Positions 32,577 to 48,367 of a stretch of 64,000 nt of DNA are shown piece by piece. The stretch is taken from assembly GCF_009914755.1 (NCBI RefSeq), contig NC_060926.1. One strand, written 5' to 3'. The notes under the pieces were generated by a model. It was not told the DNA's origin, made no database searches, and worked only from the letters and a program-made list of their open reading frames with translations. Origin of the DNA: the human T2T-CHM13v2.0 reference genome, Homo sapiens. Made by a program: the position numbers and the translations under genes. Within the stretch, counting starts at the first letter, position 1. Every line of letters begins with the position of its first letter.

Positions 32577-32757
32577 CATCACTTCTCAAATTGGTTACAC
32601 ATTAAAATCACTTGGGGAACTTTAAAATATCTCTTTGCCCAAACCATATCCCATATCAAATCAATAAAATCAGACTCTCTGGGGTGGGATCCAACCATCA
32701 GTATTCATTGAAGCTAGTCTATGATTCCAATGAGAAACCAAAATTAAAAATCACTGG
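32577..32757. mobile_element. MER5A-type hAT MITE
   Basis: ttctcaaattggttacacattaaaatcacttggggaacttt ... aaaatcactg. Confidence 0.75.
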
Positions 32758-33648
32758 CTCAAAAAACTGATATAAAACAGAACATATATATTTCCATGTT
32801 ATATTACCTCCAGAGTAATTAATATAAAACGCTCACAATATGTAATGTTTTACATTAATTTATACTGTTAAATAGCATTCATATATCTCATTATTCCCTT
32901 TTTCAAGTATTATAAGTATGGAGAAAACAAATATGGAACTTGCTTTCATTTTAAGCATATTATCACATAATATATGTGGTACTGGTAATAAATTTGATCC
33001 TCCCAGAAAGGTAATATGAGAGACCTTTAAATAGGAGAATTATATGTAGTATATAATGTAATATTATTGGTGTTTGTATATGGATGGGATATTTCTGAAA
33101 AGGGATTCAAAAATCTAGCACTAGGGATGCCTCTGGGAGCAAGACGTGGAGAAGTGAAATAAAAAACAACAGTGGGAATGGAATTTAAGTTTCTCTTTAG
33201 ACCCAAAGGAATCTACTAACTACTACAAGTAATAAGTAAATTTAAGAAGGTAATAAAATATAGATCAATATATAAATTTAATTATATTTTTATATGTTAG
33301 CAATAAACAAAAATGAAACAAACTAACAATGGTATCAATGAAAAAAATGCCTATGAATAAATCTAGCAAAATTTATATATGATTTTTATACTGAAGACTA
33401 TAAAACATTGCTGAGAAAAATTGAATAATGCCTAAGAAATGCAGATACATATCATGTTTATGGATTAGAAAACTGAAAATGTTGTTTAAAATGTTCATTT
33501 TTTCCAAAGTTTTATATATATATAGTTATATATATGTATATATAGTTTTATATATATATATATTCATATAATTGGTTTAATCACTGTCAAATTACAGCAA
33601 GATTTTCTTGAAGAAACAGATAAGATTGTTGTAAAATTACATGGAAAA

Positions 33649-33957
33649 GGCTGGGCGTGGTGGTGGCTCACACCAGTAATCCCAGCATTTTAGGAGGTTG
33701 AGGCTGGCAGATCATGAGGTAAGGAGTTCAAGACCAGCCTGGCCAACTGATTGAAACCCCATCTCTACTAAAAAACATGAAAATTAGCCAGGTGTGGTGG
33801 CATGTGCCTGCAGTCCCAGCTACTTGGGAAGCTGAGGCAGGAGAATCACTTGAGCCCAGGAGGCAGAGGTTGCAGTGAGCTGTGCCATGCTGTTGCACTC
33901 CAGCCTAGGTGACAAGAGTGAGACTCTATGTAAAAAACAAACAAACAGAAAAAAAAA
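33649..33957 (+). mobile_element. Alu (AluS-type) inserted in L1M
   Basis: Dimeric Alu, flanking atggaaa duplication. Confidence 0.93.
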
Positions 33958-34569
33958 TGGAAATGCAAAGGTTGTAGAATAATCAAACATTTCTTGAAAA
34001 AGAAAAATTAAACTGGAGAATTTACAGTACTTGATTGTAAGACTTACTATAAAGCTACAGTAATCAAGAGAATGTACTATTGGACAAAATGAATTAAAAA
34101 ATAAGTAATGTACATATGGTCAATTGAGTTTCAATAAAGGCCTGTAGTCAATTTGATGAAGAAAGGCAAGTCTTTTAAAACAAATATTGCTAAAACAAGT
34201 GGTTACCTCTATAAAAAACATAAATCTCCATCCCATGCCATACATAAAAAAGCAATCTGAAAGTATAAACATAATGTAAAATTTCTAGAATATAGGAAAA
34301 TACTCTTATAATGTTGGAAAAGACAAGGGTTACTTGGACAGGCATTGAAAAAAAGCATTCACAGTAAAATAAAAAAATGATAAATTAGACTTCAACACAA
34401 TTAAAATGTTTTGGTCTTTAAAAGACACCATTAACCAACTGAATAGATGAGGGACATATCATTAAATAAAGAGATTTATCACATACATATCTTAGAAAGG
34501 AATTATCCAGAATATATAAAAATTCTTACACAGCCTACTCATTTGTTGGCAAAACACTTGAATAGAAAC

Positions 34570-34571
<2 letters not shown>

Positions 34572-34609
<38 letters not shown>
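34572..34609. repeat. (CA)n microsatellite
   Basis: About 19 perfect units. Confidence 0.97.
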
Positions 34610-34610
<1 letters not shown>

Positions 34611-35883
34611 CATATTTGAGTAGCAAATTAAGGTTCTCAAAATCATTAGTCATCAAGCTAATGCAAATGAAAACTACAATGAGATAACACTACATATCTA
34701 CTGGAATTACTCAAATCAAAAAGGCCATATCTAATTTTTATGAGAATATGGAAGACCTAGCCTCTCTTGCTGGTTTTCATAAAGGTAAACATATCTACCA
34801 TGTGACTCAGCAATTTTTCTTGTAGGTATTCACCCAATAAAAATAAAAGTAAATATTTATAAAACTAATTTGTATGAGACATGTTATTGCTATAACCTTT
34901 CTGATTATGATAAGCAAACTTATCATAACTATTAACTACTAAAATCATTCAAATTGGAATATATTCATAACATTGAATATTACCCAAGAATAAAAAAACT
35001 AAATTCTTAACATACAATAAGTCAAAAATATTTTTGACAGCATTAAACAATATTTGACAGCATTATGCAAATGAAAAAGTCACAAGCAAAATAATGGCTA
35101 CCATATCTATGTATATAAAATCCAAACACAAACAGAACCAATCCATGGTGATATAAGAATTAGTGGATGTGAAGAGGAGTGTTGGGAGAATTGACTGAAA
35201 GGAGCATCAGGGAAGTATCTGGGTAGAAGAAAAGTTTCTGTATCTTGTTTTGGGTGTCTGTCACACGTTGTATACTGTAGAAGAAACTCATCAAACGGAA
35301 TAAGAGCTGTGTACTTCATTTTGTTTTAATTAAAATTACCTTGCTATTAGAATTGCAAGGAGTTTTTAAAAACCCAATTACACCATGATAAAATATTGTT
35401 CATTTAGTCCCTGAATACTTAGGTATTATCAGCATGGGAAGGTAGTATGAATTACAGAGAATTGCCTGTAAAACAAAACAAAACAAAAACAAACTTCCTT
35501 AGAGCCTCAGAATTTAAGCTCCAGAATTTGAATGCTTTATATTAATTAACTATAAGTCATAGCAAAAAAAAGTACATACAAAGTACATATATTATTTTCC
35601 TAGAGATTTATTTGACATTTGAGGCTACCATGTTTTTATTCTGTTTCATAATTAAAATGAAACAGAATTATTCTATTATTTATGCTCATCAATCATGCAA
35701 GTTTTAAAGTATTCTCAAGACTTTGCATGTATCCCAAAGTAATGGGAAACACACCATGGCTGGAGTGAGACTGTCTGGATTCAAGTTGCTACTTCCCTGT
35801 TTCAGCATGTAGCATTGGGCAAATGATTGAACTGCTCTGAGATTCAGTCTCTGAAATGGTAATAAAAGAGGGATATTTACACA

Positions 35884-36582
<699 letters not shown>

Positions 36583-36736
36583 TAATCTGTGAATTTAAGG
36601 ATGTTTTCATGCTTTCATGTTTTCTGTACCACTTTTTATCTCCTCCTGAAAACATTCTAAATAAACATACACCACAAAGTTTTTCCACTAATATCTAACA
36701 ATTAAAATGTTATATGTAGGCCTTTCATATATAACT

Positions 36737-36932
36737 TTTTTTTTTTTTCAGAGACAGTATTCTGCTCTGTCACCCAGGCTGGAATGCAGTGGTGCAATCA
36801 TAGCTCACTGCAACCTCGACCTCCTGGACTCAAGTGATCCTCCCACCTCAGCTTCCCAAGTAGCCTGGACTACGCACACACCACCAAGCCTGGCTAATTT
36901 GTTTTCTTTTATTTTTTGTAGAGATGGAGTCT
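36737..36932 (-). mobile_element. AluJ/FRAM-type right arm
   Basis: gctcactgcaacctcgacctcctggactcaagtgatcctcccacctcagc. Confidence 0.88.
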
Positions 36933-38189
36933 AAGTTTCCCATTCTACATTTTTTTTTTTTTTAGCTTTGTGGCAGAGGTCAAGATAAATACATTACATT
37001 ATTGGGGAAACACTGTCAGTTCTTCAATGAATATGTGAAATAAAGCCTGTTGTGTATATATGTAATTTTTTGTTTATTAAATATGTCACAAAATAATGAA
37101 CCAGTAGCTACCTAAACAAATTGAAATTATATATTGTTTCACTATTGATTAATGTTTTAGTTGTTTAGAAAATGAAATACCACTTGTAAGTCAGCCATGT
37201 GTTTTATTCAGCTGACCAGAAAAATTGTTTCGTTCCTTTTTTTTTTAAGTTTGCTATTAGTTTGAAAATATAATGCATAAAACCATTTTAGAGTAAAATT
37301 AGGAAGAGGACTGTAATTTGGGGATTAAGAGATATTGGAAATACAAAGTTTTGTCCTTCTTGCTACTATTCTTTTGTAGTTACCATTTTCCATCTTCTAT
37401 TTCAGGAAACATGATAATTACAAATAGTTGGGTAACAGGTAGTAATGTTGGTTACCAATAAATAAATAAATAAATAAATATAGTAATGGAAATAATGAGG
37501 TGAAAAGAACTATGGGAACAATGAAGTTAAGCTTCAATCATGGCAGCTCCTTTTTCCTTTGATTTCCAGATTATAACATTATGGAGTCACAAGGATGGAG
37601 TTAGAACTGGCAAACTTTCTTTTGTAGAAGACCTCATCTTCTCTTGGGAGGCAGATTAACCATCTCTTAACTATCAAAGCATGACCTTTTATAGAGAAGT
37701 CATTATTTTCTCTTTTTAAATCAACCTTATACAATTCTGTTCTCTCATTTTAAACACTCCTCAACGTCTCTTTTTACATTATAAGGAAACAAATAACTAT
37801 ACATGCTGTTTTGCAAATGTACTAAATCTCCTTGACTGATTACAAGTTCACCCAAAGTGGTAACAGATGTGAGGAGAACATATTCTCTGTCTCCTTTTCT
37901 GTAGCCCGTAGGGTTTACTGGCACATATTTTTTTTTTTTTTTTTTTTTTGGTGCATACGCACTTAGTAAATATATAACATTCTTATTGTTTTAATCAGCT
38001 TTCATTTTTGTTTTGTTTTTTGAAACTACTGTTCTCATACCTGGTGAAGCCGTTAATTCTGGATTCCTACTTCCACTACCACAAGGGAGGACGGCCTGAC
38101 CTAGGGTGGCGTACTGTCTACTGCCCTAGAGCACAGTTGGTCCATTGTAATTTACTGCTGAAATGTGATCAATCATTATGCTTTTACAT

Positions 38190-38580
38190 TAGAGAGGCAC
38201 TGAGGAGGCAGTACAGGGATTGTATGGTGGCCAGGTGATGTCCTCAGGAACTGACACTTCTATCTTTCTGCTCCACCATCCATGACTGCTAGAGCTCAAG
38301 ACATAACTTTGCAGGCCAGAGGAAAAGGGACAGAAGGGCAAAGGAAGAAGCCCTTCCATGTTGAGAAAACTACCCTTGAACCATTTTCTTGGAAGTCCCA
38401 CATAACATTCTGCTTCTATCTCAGTGGTCAAAACTTAGTCACACGACAACACAAGAGAAGCTGGAAAATGTGATAACTTCTAGACAGCAATATGTCAAGC
38501 TAAGAGGTAAAGTTCTGTGTCTAAGGAGAAAGCAAAAGTAAACTGGTATAGAAACAGGCAATTAGAAGTTTCTGTCGATA
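38190..38580. mobile_element. Old MaLR LTR (MLT1-type) fragment
   Basis: ttctgcttctatctcagtggtcaaaacttagtcacacgac...gaagctggaaaatgtg, resembling old MLT1 LTRs. Confidence 0.6.
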
Positions 38581-40577
38581 ACCTAGGAAGGTCAATGAAA
38601 GTTGTTTGAGGTCATGCCTATAGATTTTGAAAGAGATTATTTTTCTCCCATTGAGATTGTAAGTATCATAACCTCATATTTCTAGGGGCCATTTTAAGAA
38701 CTGGTGTCTCAGAAGACACCAACAGAGTAAAGACATACTTATAAATGGAGAAAAAAATGAGATTGGTATCTAATGACTATACGTGAATACTTGGATACAA
38801 ATTCTGCCCCACATCTACTCTATCCACTCCTTGTAATCAAGACTGAAATTCCATTTTACCACTAGTTTGTGTTGGATTTCTGTAATTTGCAGACAAATCC
38901 TGACTAATGGGAACACTTTGCAATTTTTATTGCTTAAAATATTACAGACTCCTAATAGTAATGTTGTTATCTGTATGTGCTACTTACATAATTCCCAGGC
39001 TATCTCATTGGTTTATAATTACCTGAGTAATGCAGTCATTTACTGCCAGAAGAGTCAGAATCAGTTTTATTTTAAAAAGGGATTCACAAACCCATGCTTC
39101 CACAGGAGCTGGTACAGCCACCTTTGTTTTAGCATAGTCTCTACATGACATATACTATTATAGCATTTAGTGATATTGATTATCTGGAAAGCTGCAGGTT
39201 AACCTACGTTGTAAAGTGTTTGGTGAATCTGAAAATTAATTTCATGTTACTTCTCATCCATCAGGGTAATATTCCTCAATGAGCACTTACAGGGACAACC
39301 TGTTCTTCTAGGGAAAGTGGACAGGTTATGTGGACGCACCAGCAGTTAAGAATAACAGTGCCAGCTGCAGCTTATCCCAGTGAGAGCCAACCACTTCTGT
39401 TTTGTTTCTGAATTGTTATTTTTCAAAACTTTTATGTTATTCTTCCAGATAGAGAAGAGAAAGGCTTATAAAGCAAAACAAATTGCCAATGACATATTTT
39501 CTTTATAAAGAGGTGAATCTATAATAAGCTAGCTTTGTAGAGGCTCCAATAATGACATTTTAAAAATTGCATGTCAATGCAATGTAATATTCAGTGGACA
39601 TTTTTTGAATTCACATTATGCAGTTTCAGCAAGTGTCATATTACATTCTGTAATGCCATCTATCGCACTTGACTAGAATTTGTGATTTTTTTTTCTCATT
39701 TAGAAATTTGTGTTGTAACTTTATGGTTATGAAGTGAGTGGGGGGGAAGGGGAAAGTAGTTACACTCTCATCTTTTGCCAATGTACTCTAGGTCATGTTC
39801 AAAATGCCTGCTATTCCATTCATCGTTCTCTTTCCATCAGCCTGCAGTATTGACAAATTGTACAGTAATGTTGTACAAACAAATTTGCATTTGTGAACCA
39901 CAAGTACAGAGGCATAACAGAAATCTCGATAACATAGAGGGATAGAGAGGTCTTCAGAGTCATCCTTGAGCCCCTGTTACAGATTCTGGTAGAATATTCT
40001 AGCAATTCCACTTAAGCTCCTTCAACCAGCTGAGAGACAAACAAAATAAGCCTCTTTTATTTTTCCTACTATTTATTCTATGTTTTATTTTAAAAGCAAA
40101 GTAAATACATTAAAAGTTGAATCTACTAAAATATCTTAAAATAGATATTTGATTATATTTGTCTAGCTTGTCTGATCCTGATCAGAACCACCATACAATT
40201 GCTCAATTCACTTTATATTTTTGGATGGAGAGATTCAGACTTTGATTTGGAGTGAGGCGATGAAGCAAGGTAGAAACAGCCCAAAAGTTAAAGGCGGAAC
40301 TTGATTTGAATCCTAGTTCTGGCTCCAATTAACATATAACAGAGGGCGATTATTTATCTTCTTTGTGCCTCAGTTTACTCTACTAAAAACTGAAGGGAAA
40401 TACATACAGCATGAAGTTAATATCTGGTAAAACAAATAGTAACTAGTAAGAGTTAAGTAATAGTAAACACTATTTAATAGCTAGTTAATAAATAGTATCT
40501 GAAAAATTAAAAGATGTGAATTGTACTGTCAACTTTATCATCAAGTTGTGTTAATTTTGGAGGAAGAACACAGGTAT

Positions 40578-40677
40578 TTATTTCATTTTATTATTTTGTA
40601 CTTCAATAGGTTTTGGGGAAACAGGTGGTGTTTGGTTACGAGTTAAGTGATTTAGCGGTGATTTCTGAGATTTTGGT
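40578..40677 (-). mobile_element. L1PB-type extreme 3' end
   Basis: ttcaataggttttggggaaacaggtggtgtttggttac...gtgatttctgagattttggt. Confidence 0.75.
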
Positions 40678-40974
40678 TGTCAGCACTGATTTAGATCCTT
40701 TACATTCAGCACCTCATTGTTTTAAGTGAATAGATATTACTATAACTTTGTAAAGCATCCCATTCATTTTACAAGCAAATAACAAGTATTGGTGACTTGC
40801 TCAAGGTCACAGAGTATTAGAATCATAGAAGACACTGAAATGCTGTGGGGTACCAGATTCCCCATCTGAGATATATGGAAGATTAGAAGACCTCTAGAGT
40901 GTTTTAAACAAAAATATGCTTGATTTTATTATCTGTTTTTATTTTTAATTATCAAGCCTATAAAATTACTTTTT

Positions 40975-41214
40975 TAACATTTTTTCTAATCTCTATTTTT
41001 AAGTTCTGGGGTACACGTGCAGGATGTGCAGGTCTGTTGCACAGGTACACGTGTGCCATTGTGGTTTGCTGCACCTATCAACCCATCACCTAGGTATTAA
41101 GCCCAGCATGCATTAGCTATTTTTCCTAATGCTCCAATGCTCTCCCCTCCCCTCTCCCCAACTCCCAACAGGCTCCAGTGTGTGTTGTTCCCCTCCCTGT
41201 GTCCATGTGTTCAT
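40975..41214 (-). mobile_element. L1PA-type 3' end, 5' truncated
   Basis: gtacacgtgcaggatgtgcagg...gctgcacctatcaacccatcacctaggtattaagcccagcatgcattagc. Confidence 0.88.
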
Positions 41215-42304
41215 TTTACTTTGAATTAGACTTGTATTCCTTGGAAAGTGGCACTTATTTCCATTACATAAGTAACATATACTTTTTGGGAAATTTAACA
41301 TGATGTAATATAGAAAAGTAGAAACAAATTGCCCATAGTCATACAACACAGGGGCAAGCTCCATGGCGTGTTTCTGACTATAAATAAAATTTTATATATT
41401 GCATATTTCACTAAAAATTATACACAAATATTTTTCTAGGTTATTAAAAATCCTGACAAGTGTCATTTCTATGGCTGTATAATATTTCTCTTGTAGATAT
41501 ACCTTAAACAATTATCTACAGCTTGTCATTTATAGGCTTGTGTTTTGTTTTTTCCAATTCGAATAAGAAAGATAATTAATATTTGAAATAAAATACTTTT
41601 TATCAACAGTTAAAGATGTGGATACCTGCTTCAAAAGATCGTTCTTTAGGGACATTCACCACATTTTTGTATTTGATAATATTTATATATTTATCTTGTT
41701 CTGTATACATTCTAATGATGCTTGCATAGGTGTTAAAATTCTTAGGTGCAATCTAATGTATTTGTTATTTACTTAGCAAAGATAAATATTCTTTCTGATT
41801 GACATCCTTGAAACTTTTCTCACGTAAGATGAAGCTTTAAACTTATCATTCATGTTTATTTGGAGTTTGTAATCATATCAATCAATAATTATGAATAGGA
41901 AGAACCATATTCTTTTCATAATGTGGAATAACTTATTTTGCCAACTTTATAACCACAGTTAGCAAATCTTTTTTTTGAGATTATAAAACCAAGGTGGAAA
42001 GTGAAGATAGAGGGGAATATAGAGAAAATTTTATCTAAATTATTATTTATCTACATACATATATTAGATAAACATTACTAAATAAAAACCCAAGGAAAGG
42101 GGAGATACTCATAAAATCAAGGAAAAAGGACACAGACACACACACATATCCAGTATGAATGTAGATACTTGTTTTATATGCATCCAAAGCATACTGCTAG
42201 TGATCTCTGGAACCACTCATACAACACCTGGACACAAACACACACAAACACATACACTGTGGAGAGGGCACTGTCAGATTCTCACAAAAATCAGATTTTC
42301 TGTT

Positions 42305-42508
42305 TTTTCTCTTTCTTTCTCTTTTGTTGTTGTTGTTGTTGTTGTTGTTGTTTTTGTTTTGAGAAAGGGTGTCTTTCTGTTACCCAGGCTGGAGTGCAAT
42401 GGCATGACTATCACTCATTGTAGTCTCCAACTCCTAGACTCAGGCAATCTTCCTGTCTCAGTCTCCTGAATAGCAGGGACCATTGGCACACATCACTATG
42501 CCAAGCCA
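42305..42508 (-). mobile_element. Alu monomer (FRAM/AluJ right arm) with (TTG)n tail
   Basis: cccaggctggagtgcaatggc...; flanking aatcaga(t/a)tt duplication. Confidence 0.85.
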
Positions 42509-42979
42509 AGAATCAGAATTCTTATGTAATTATATTTGTCTTTGAACACGAAAACTGTATCTCTAATTGAATTCCAGGAAGAACAAATTCTGAAACTGAA
42601 GAAAAATTTTCCCATATTATTATTTGTTTCCCTATAGGTTCATCTCCTTGGAACAATGTGTCTAAATGTATAACTTGTGATGAATGGAATATTTTTGTTT
42701 CAGTATTGCAGGGAGTGTGGGAAGGCATTAGGGTCAGAATTACATTTTTTTAAAAATATGTTTTTCTTAAAAACTCCTCCAAATCATTTTTCCATCCAAC
42801 ATTCATTGGAAAGTGCATAATAAATTCAGTTGAGAATAATAAAATAAAAAATGTGCTAATGAGTCCGATTGAATAAACCATTCAAATACTTATCTTTCTT
42901 TTTCTTTAACATTTCTATTTGATCTTTTAGAATTGATCTAAAACTTAGTGCCTTATTACTTAAAAAGAGAAGACCAAGA

Positions 42980-43007
42980 TACACACACACACACACACAC
43001 ACACACC
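42980..43007. repeat. (CA)n microsatellite
   Basis: Direct reading of the sequence. Confidence 0.95.
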
Positions 43008-43941
43008 ACTTATTCAATGTGCCCTTAGATTTTCAGGATATTTGATATTTTTAAATTTTCTCATTAAAATACATTTACTTTTCGTGTATAGATTCCTGGA
43101 GAATTGCACTAAAATATACTTTTAACTTTCCAGTACTGCTAGTATCATCTGGCATCATTTTTTCTCTTATATCTTTTTTACACTGAATCATTTCAAATGT
43201 TACTCAAAATGTGTAAAGCATTTAATTATTTCTTTTGTTTTCCTATATAGATAAGGATGTTATAAAGTACAGTTTTATTTTCTTATATTTTCCTCCCTAT
43301 GCCCCAAATATATTAGAGAGGCCACAGTTTATACAGCTTAAAATGCTTAGAAAAAAAAATATTGCTTATTGTCTGGAGTACAGGCTCTATGAAGAAAAGT
43401 ACATTTTAGAAACACCATTGTCTGCTGGCTAATCTCTCTTTTTGGTAACCTACTTAAAGTATCTATTGTCAAATCATTTTTTATTTTCATTTGTAGAATC
43501 ATTTCAACAGAGCAGATTACATAAGGTCAGGATAAGATCTAAGTACCCCAATGGCAGGCTGTAAAGACTTTATGGAAAAGCTAACAAAAGGAAGAGGAAA
43601 CCATTGTGATAGATGATAATGATCAATAGTTAGAAGTCCTAAACTATGATCTAGTTATTTGGATACATTGTACATTGTAAGCTAGTTTCTTGGCCCTAAC
43701 ACACTTAGACAGTCTTTGGTATTCCCTTTTGTCAATTTTGTTTTTCCTTGAAAATAAATTTAATGCATTTTAAAATCCGATTTCAGTTGAATACAAAGCT
43801 TTGGTTGGTAATTTGTGGTTAGAGCAGAAGAACAACAACATCTTGAGATGTTGAGAGTCCCTTAGATGTAGAGATGGCCTTAGGTTCTTGAACACTCAAG
43901 TGATGAAGACTTTTTCTGGTGTATGGATCTGAAATATATGA

Positions 43942-44379
43942 TGTCAGTGCCCCATCTACACTCCTTGATATTCACCATTTCTGTCCACACTAAGCAAATG
44001 GCTTTTAACAACAAGCACATGCAACTCTGCCTGAGCCCAATCTGGAAGTCCCCATCAGGCCATTAATCACTCCAAACCCTCTTCCAGAGCAGCCCTAAAC
44101 CAACGACTGACAGTAGCTGATGAATACGTATTCCAGCCCTGTCTCTTGTTTTGGGTAATCCTGAGGATTCTACACTATCTCCCAGAGTTTCCTGGTAGGA
44201 TGAATCTCGTTCCTGTAGCAACATACCTGATAATGTACCCTCTATTGGGTTTCTTCCTTTCCCTGGTTTACTTCCCCACTCCCCTATTAGTGGTTTCTGG
44301 AATTATCTCCAAAGTATACTTCTGTATTCATATCTTTGTGGGTATAGGTTCTAATTTTGGAAACTCCCAATTTGAGACA
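43942..44379 (+). mobile_element. LTR16-type ERVL solo LTR
   Basis: tgt...gaca termini, ~440 bp, motifs cagccctaaaccaacgactgac and tctcccagagtttcc. Confidence 0.7.
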
Positions 44380-46998
44380 AGATTTATGCAATCATTTATT
44401 CAACAATCATGCATTGAAGGTGGCAGACTGGAAGCAGTGCTAGCATGTCTCTTCCACTTGGAAGGAGAGAATAACGTGTAGAGATTCACAGTGAGAACTT
44501 TTTTTCCAAAAAGCAACACAGGAACTTAATAGGAAAACCAAAAGAAACCACAGACCCTTTGAAAGAAGTGTCAGGCAGAAGCCTACATTGTGAGGCAGGT
44601 AAAAAAAACTCTTAAGTACCCAGAGTGTGAGATGGAAGAGACTGCCTCCAGGATACACATTCCCAATGGGGAACCTGAAATTCCATGTCACAGGGGAAGG
44701 CCTTAAACCTCCCAGAGCTGGAACTGATTTAGAGAGTGGTAAAAAAGATAAAAGTAAAAGCAGCAGTGGGAAGTGCCTTGGCGGTATTTCCAGTCTCAGT
44801 GTAAACTAAGGGAAGCCATTCCTTATTAGATCTCACAGGGAACTTCAAGAAAATCTGTTAACTATCTCAAGCAGTGGCCATGGGTTGAAAGAAGCTCCGA
44901 ACTGAATTTGGTAATGTAACCTTGGGTGGGGATGAACTCTCTTGTCCAGAACTTGGTGGGGCTAGTGGGAAGTACACTGCAGGCATGAGTGCAGGAGCTG
45001 GGTGCCTGGCCTTGTGAGGCAGATGGGGAGTGACATGGTCTGAAAGCCTCTGTTGCTGTCTCTGCAGGGAAAGCTTATGGCCTGGGGCAAGTTTGGGTTC
45101 TCAGTGCAGGATACCTGAGACTTAGTCCAGTACTATTAGCAGAGCACTGTGGGAGTGAGAGCTGCCTTGCCAACTGCATGGAATCTGGGTGAGGCTTCCT
45201 GCTGCCTGCTATTCCCCATTCCTTGCGTGAACTCTTCTGTGTAGCCAAGTCAGTTGTGCTCTCCACTGGAACATTATTACCTCAGTGGCTTGAGAACTGC
45301 CCCCAACCCCCAAAAGGGCTGCAGCTTGCCCCACAAATGGAGAGTCAGAGTGCTGATCCACCTGAGATAGGCCCTGCCTGGCTATGCATCTCCACCTGCC
45401 CTGGTAGCTTAACACAAAGGACATAAACTTTTGGGAGCTCTATGGTCCTGCCTATCACCTGAGAAATGAGAATACCTCCCCTGGGCAACATAGAGCAAGC
45501 TCAAATCCCACTGCTACTACTGCATCAGGTGCTCTTTTGCAAGCACCACCTCCTGGCTGGAAGCCAACTGACATAGTCCCTCATAGTGTCTCTAGGTAGA
45601 ATAACACTGTGACCAGGAAAGATAAAACCAGTGTGCAATCTCAGCTATCACCATTGCCTGCAACACCCTGGCTAACCAGGAGGTCCTGAGTCTGTCCATG
45701 TAACAAGTTCACTACTATTATAATCAGAATTTGAGAAAGACAGCACACTATCTGTAACTAAGGAAGCTCACAGAGTCTACATCAATCCCCTGCCACCCCT
45801 ATCACAGCTTGTGCTGGTACCCACTGCTGAGCGACCTGAGGACAGGTCACATCACTGGATCCCCTGCAGACATTCCCCAGCACCAACCAGGAGTGTGGGA
45901 GTCCCATTGGATAGCTAAACCCAGAAAAGCAATAGCAATCGCTGTAGCCTGGCTCTCAGAAACTCCTACTCCCAGGGTAGGTGCGGAGAACCACATCAAG
46001 GGAACACCCCGTGGGACAAATGAACCCAGATGGCAGGCCTTGGGTTCCATATCTTTCTGCTGTTGGAAGTTTCTTGCAGCAGAGACAAAATTGCAGTGCT
46101 GGGATCATCAGGGAAAATCTGCAGCTTTACCCCAAAAGTCAGGAAGCCTTGAGGCTCATGAAGAGTCTTGGAGAAGGGATCTCTTTTCTTCCCTTGTCCA
46201 CCACTGCAGACATGGCTGGGGCTTCTTCCATGAGAGCTTTGCATGGTTGCACCTGTAGACTGCCTTCACAGTGACTGCATCCCCACAGGAGGAGCACCGC
46301 ACAGATTCAGGCTTGCATGAGAGGCAGACTCACAATTCCTCTCTACTTGGAATATCAACATTCCTACAGAGAAAAAGAGGTGCCTGTCTGATCTGAGTAG
46401 CTGGAACACTGGGACAGGAGTGAGTCTGGGAGGTGGATAGCTTTCCTGTTGGCCTGGCAGGGGAGCTTAGGTGGTCCCCACCCTTCCACCTGATAAGACC
46501 TCAGTGTGTCTAATTGAGAGCTACCCCAGCCACCCTCATAAAGGCTGGGACCTCTGACAACATTGGGTATTGCATTTATCTATCTGCTTTACCTACAACT
46601 AGTTTCTACCCAGGGATACCTCCTCTACTGTTCTGAAGCTGGAATCATCAACTTAGTAAATAAAATACTGAGGAAAAATTAAGTAAATGAGAAAGTGCAT
46701 ACCACAGGAGAAGGAGATAAGCTTCAAGAGACCTCTGCCATTACAACTCCTTAGGAGAGGGTGTACTTGCCCACACATCAAGTACATTGCTACTACAACC
46801 AGCATCTGAGGAAACCATCATACAAAGACTATATTCAAGGAACTCATACAGTCTTCACCCCTAAAAGCATCAGGAACCAAATTAGGCTATAATAAACTAT
46901 AAACCTTAAAGTCATATACTTACGGGGAGAAAAGAAAGAAAAAAAATGGTCAAATCAAAAATAAATTTAAAAACCATTAGAAGAATTAGTTTACCCAA

Positions 46999-47943
46999 AT
47001 GAGAAGAAACCAGAAAAGTAATTCTGATAACATGATAAAACAAGGTTCTCTAACACACGATCACACTAGTTCCCCAGCAATGGATCCAGAAAAAGATGAA
47101 ATCATTGAAATACCAGATAAAGAATTCAGAAGGTTGTTTATTAAGCTACCCAAGGAAATGCCAGAGAAAGGTGAAAAATTACATGTTTTTTTAAATAGGA
47201 TATGAATAAAAAATTTTCGAGAGAGATAGATGTCATGAATAATAACCAACCAGAACTTCTGGAAATGAAAGACACACTTAGGGAAATACAAAATAAAGTG
47301 ACAAGTATCCCCAATAGACTAGAACTAGTAGAAGAAGGAACTTCAGAGCTTGAAGGCAAGGCTTTCAAATTAATCAAGTCAGACAAAGATAAAGAAAAAA
47401 GAATCAAAAGAAATGAACAAAGTCTCCAAGAATTATGGGGTTGTGTAAAATGACAAAAACCTATACATAATTGATGTTTCTGAGAGAAAAGAGAAGGCTA
47501 AAATTTGGAAAATTTATTTGAGGGAATAATTGAGGAGAATTTCCCTGGCCTTGCTAGAGATTTAGATATTCAAGTACAAGGAGTTCAAAGAACTCCTGGG
47601 AAATTTATTGCAAAAAGATTGTCACCAAGACACATAGTCATCAGGCTATCTAAAGTTAATATGAAGAAAACAATTTGAAGAGCTGTGAGATAAAAGCATC
47701 AGGTAGCATAAAGGAAAACCAGACTAACAGCAGACATCTCAGCAGAATGCTTACAAACTAGAAGAGATTTGGGACCTATCTTTAGCCTCTTTAAACAGAA
47801 TAACTGTCAGCCAAGAATTTTGTACCCAGCAAAATAAAGTTTCATATAGAAAGGAAAAATAAAATCATTTTTAAACAAACAAATGCTTAGGGAATTTGCC
47901 ACTACCAAGTCAGCACTACAAGAAATGCTAAAAAGAACTCTAA
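46999..47943 (+). pseudogene. L1 ORF1p remnant
   Basis: ORF fragments MRRNQKSNSDNM...EIPDKEFRRL and ...NEQSLQELWGCVK; frameshifts and stops. Confidence 0.88.
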
Positions 47944-48287
<344 letters not shown>

Positions 48288-48367
48288 AGTAGAACTTCTT
48301 AAAAGCATAATTCACAGGGTTTATAAAACAATAAGACAATAAAAAAGTATCTAGGTAATGACTGACA

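Larger units (their letters stand above)
33195..35330 (+). mobile_element. Old L1M (ORF2 C-terminal part and 3' UTR), interrupted by an Alu and (CA)n
   Basis: Degenerate ORF2 phrases (gacttactataaagctacagtaatcaaga, aaaactacaatgagataacactac). Confidence 0.8.

Noticed and set aside
39200-39700. Repeat-free stretch that might be a conserved non-coding element
   Set aside because: Conservation cannot be judged from one sequence; a phastCons/phyloP lookup is needed.
45809-46274. Cluster of overlapping ORFs up to 149 aa
   Set aside because: They lie in the higher-GC L1 5' UTR, show no recognisable domain, and are expected by chance.
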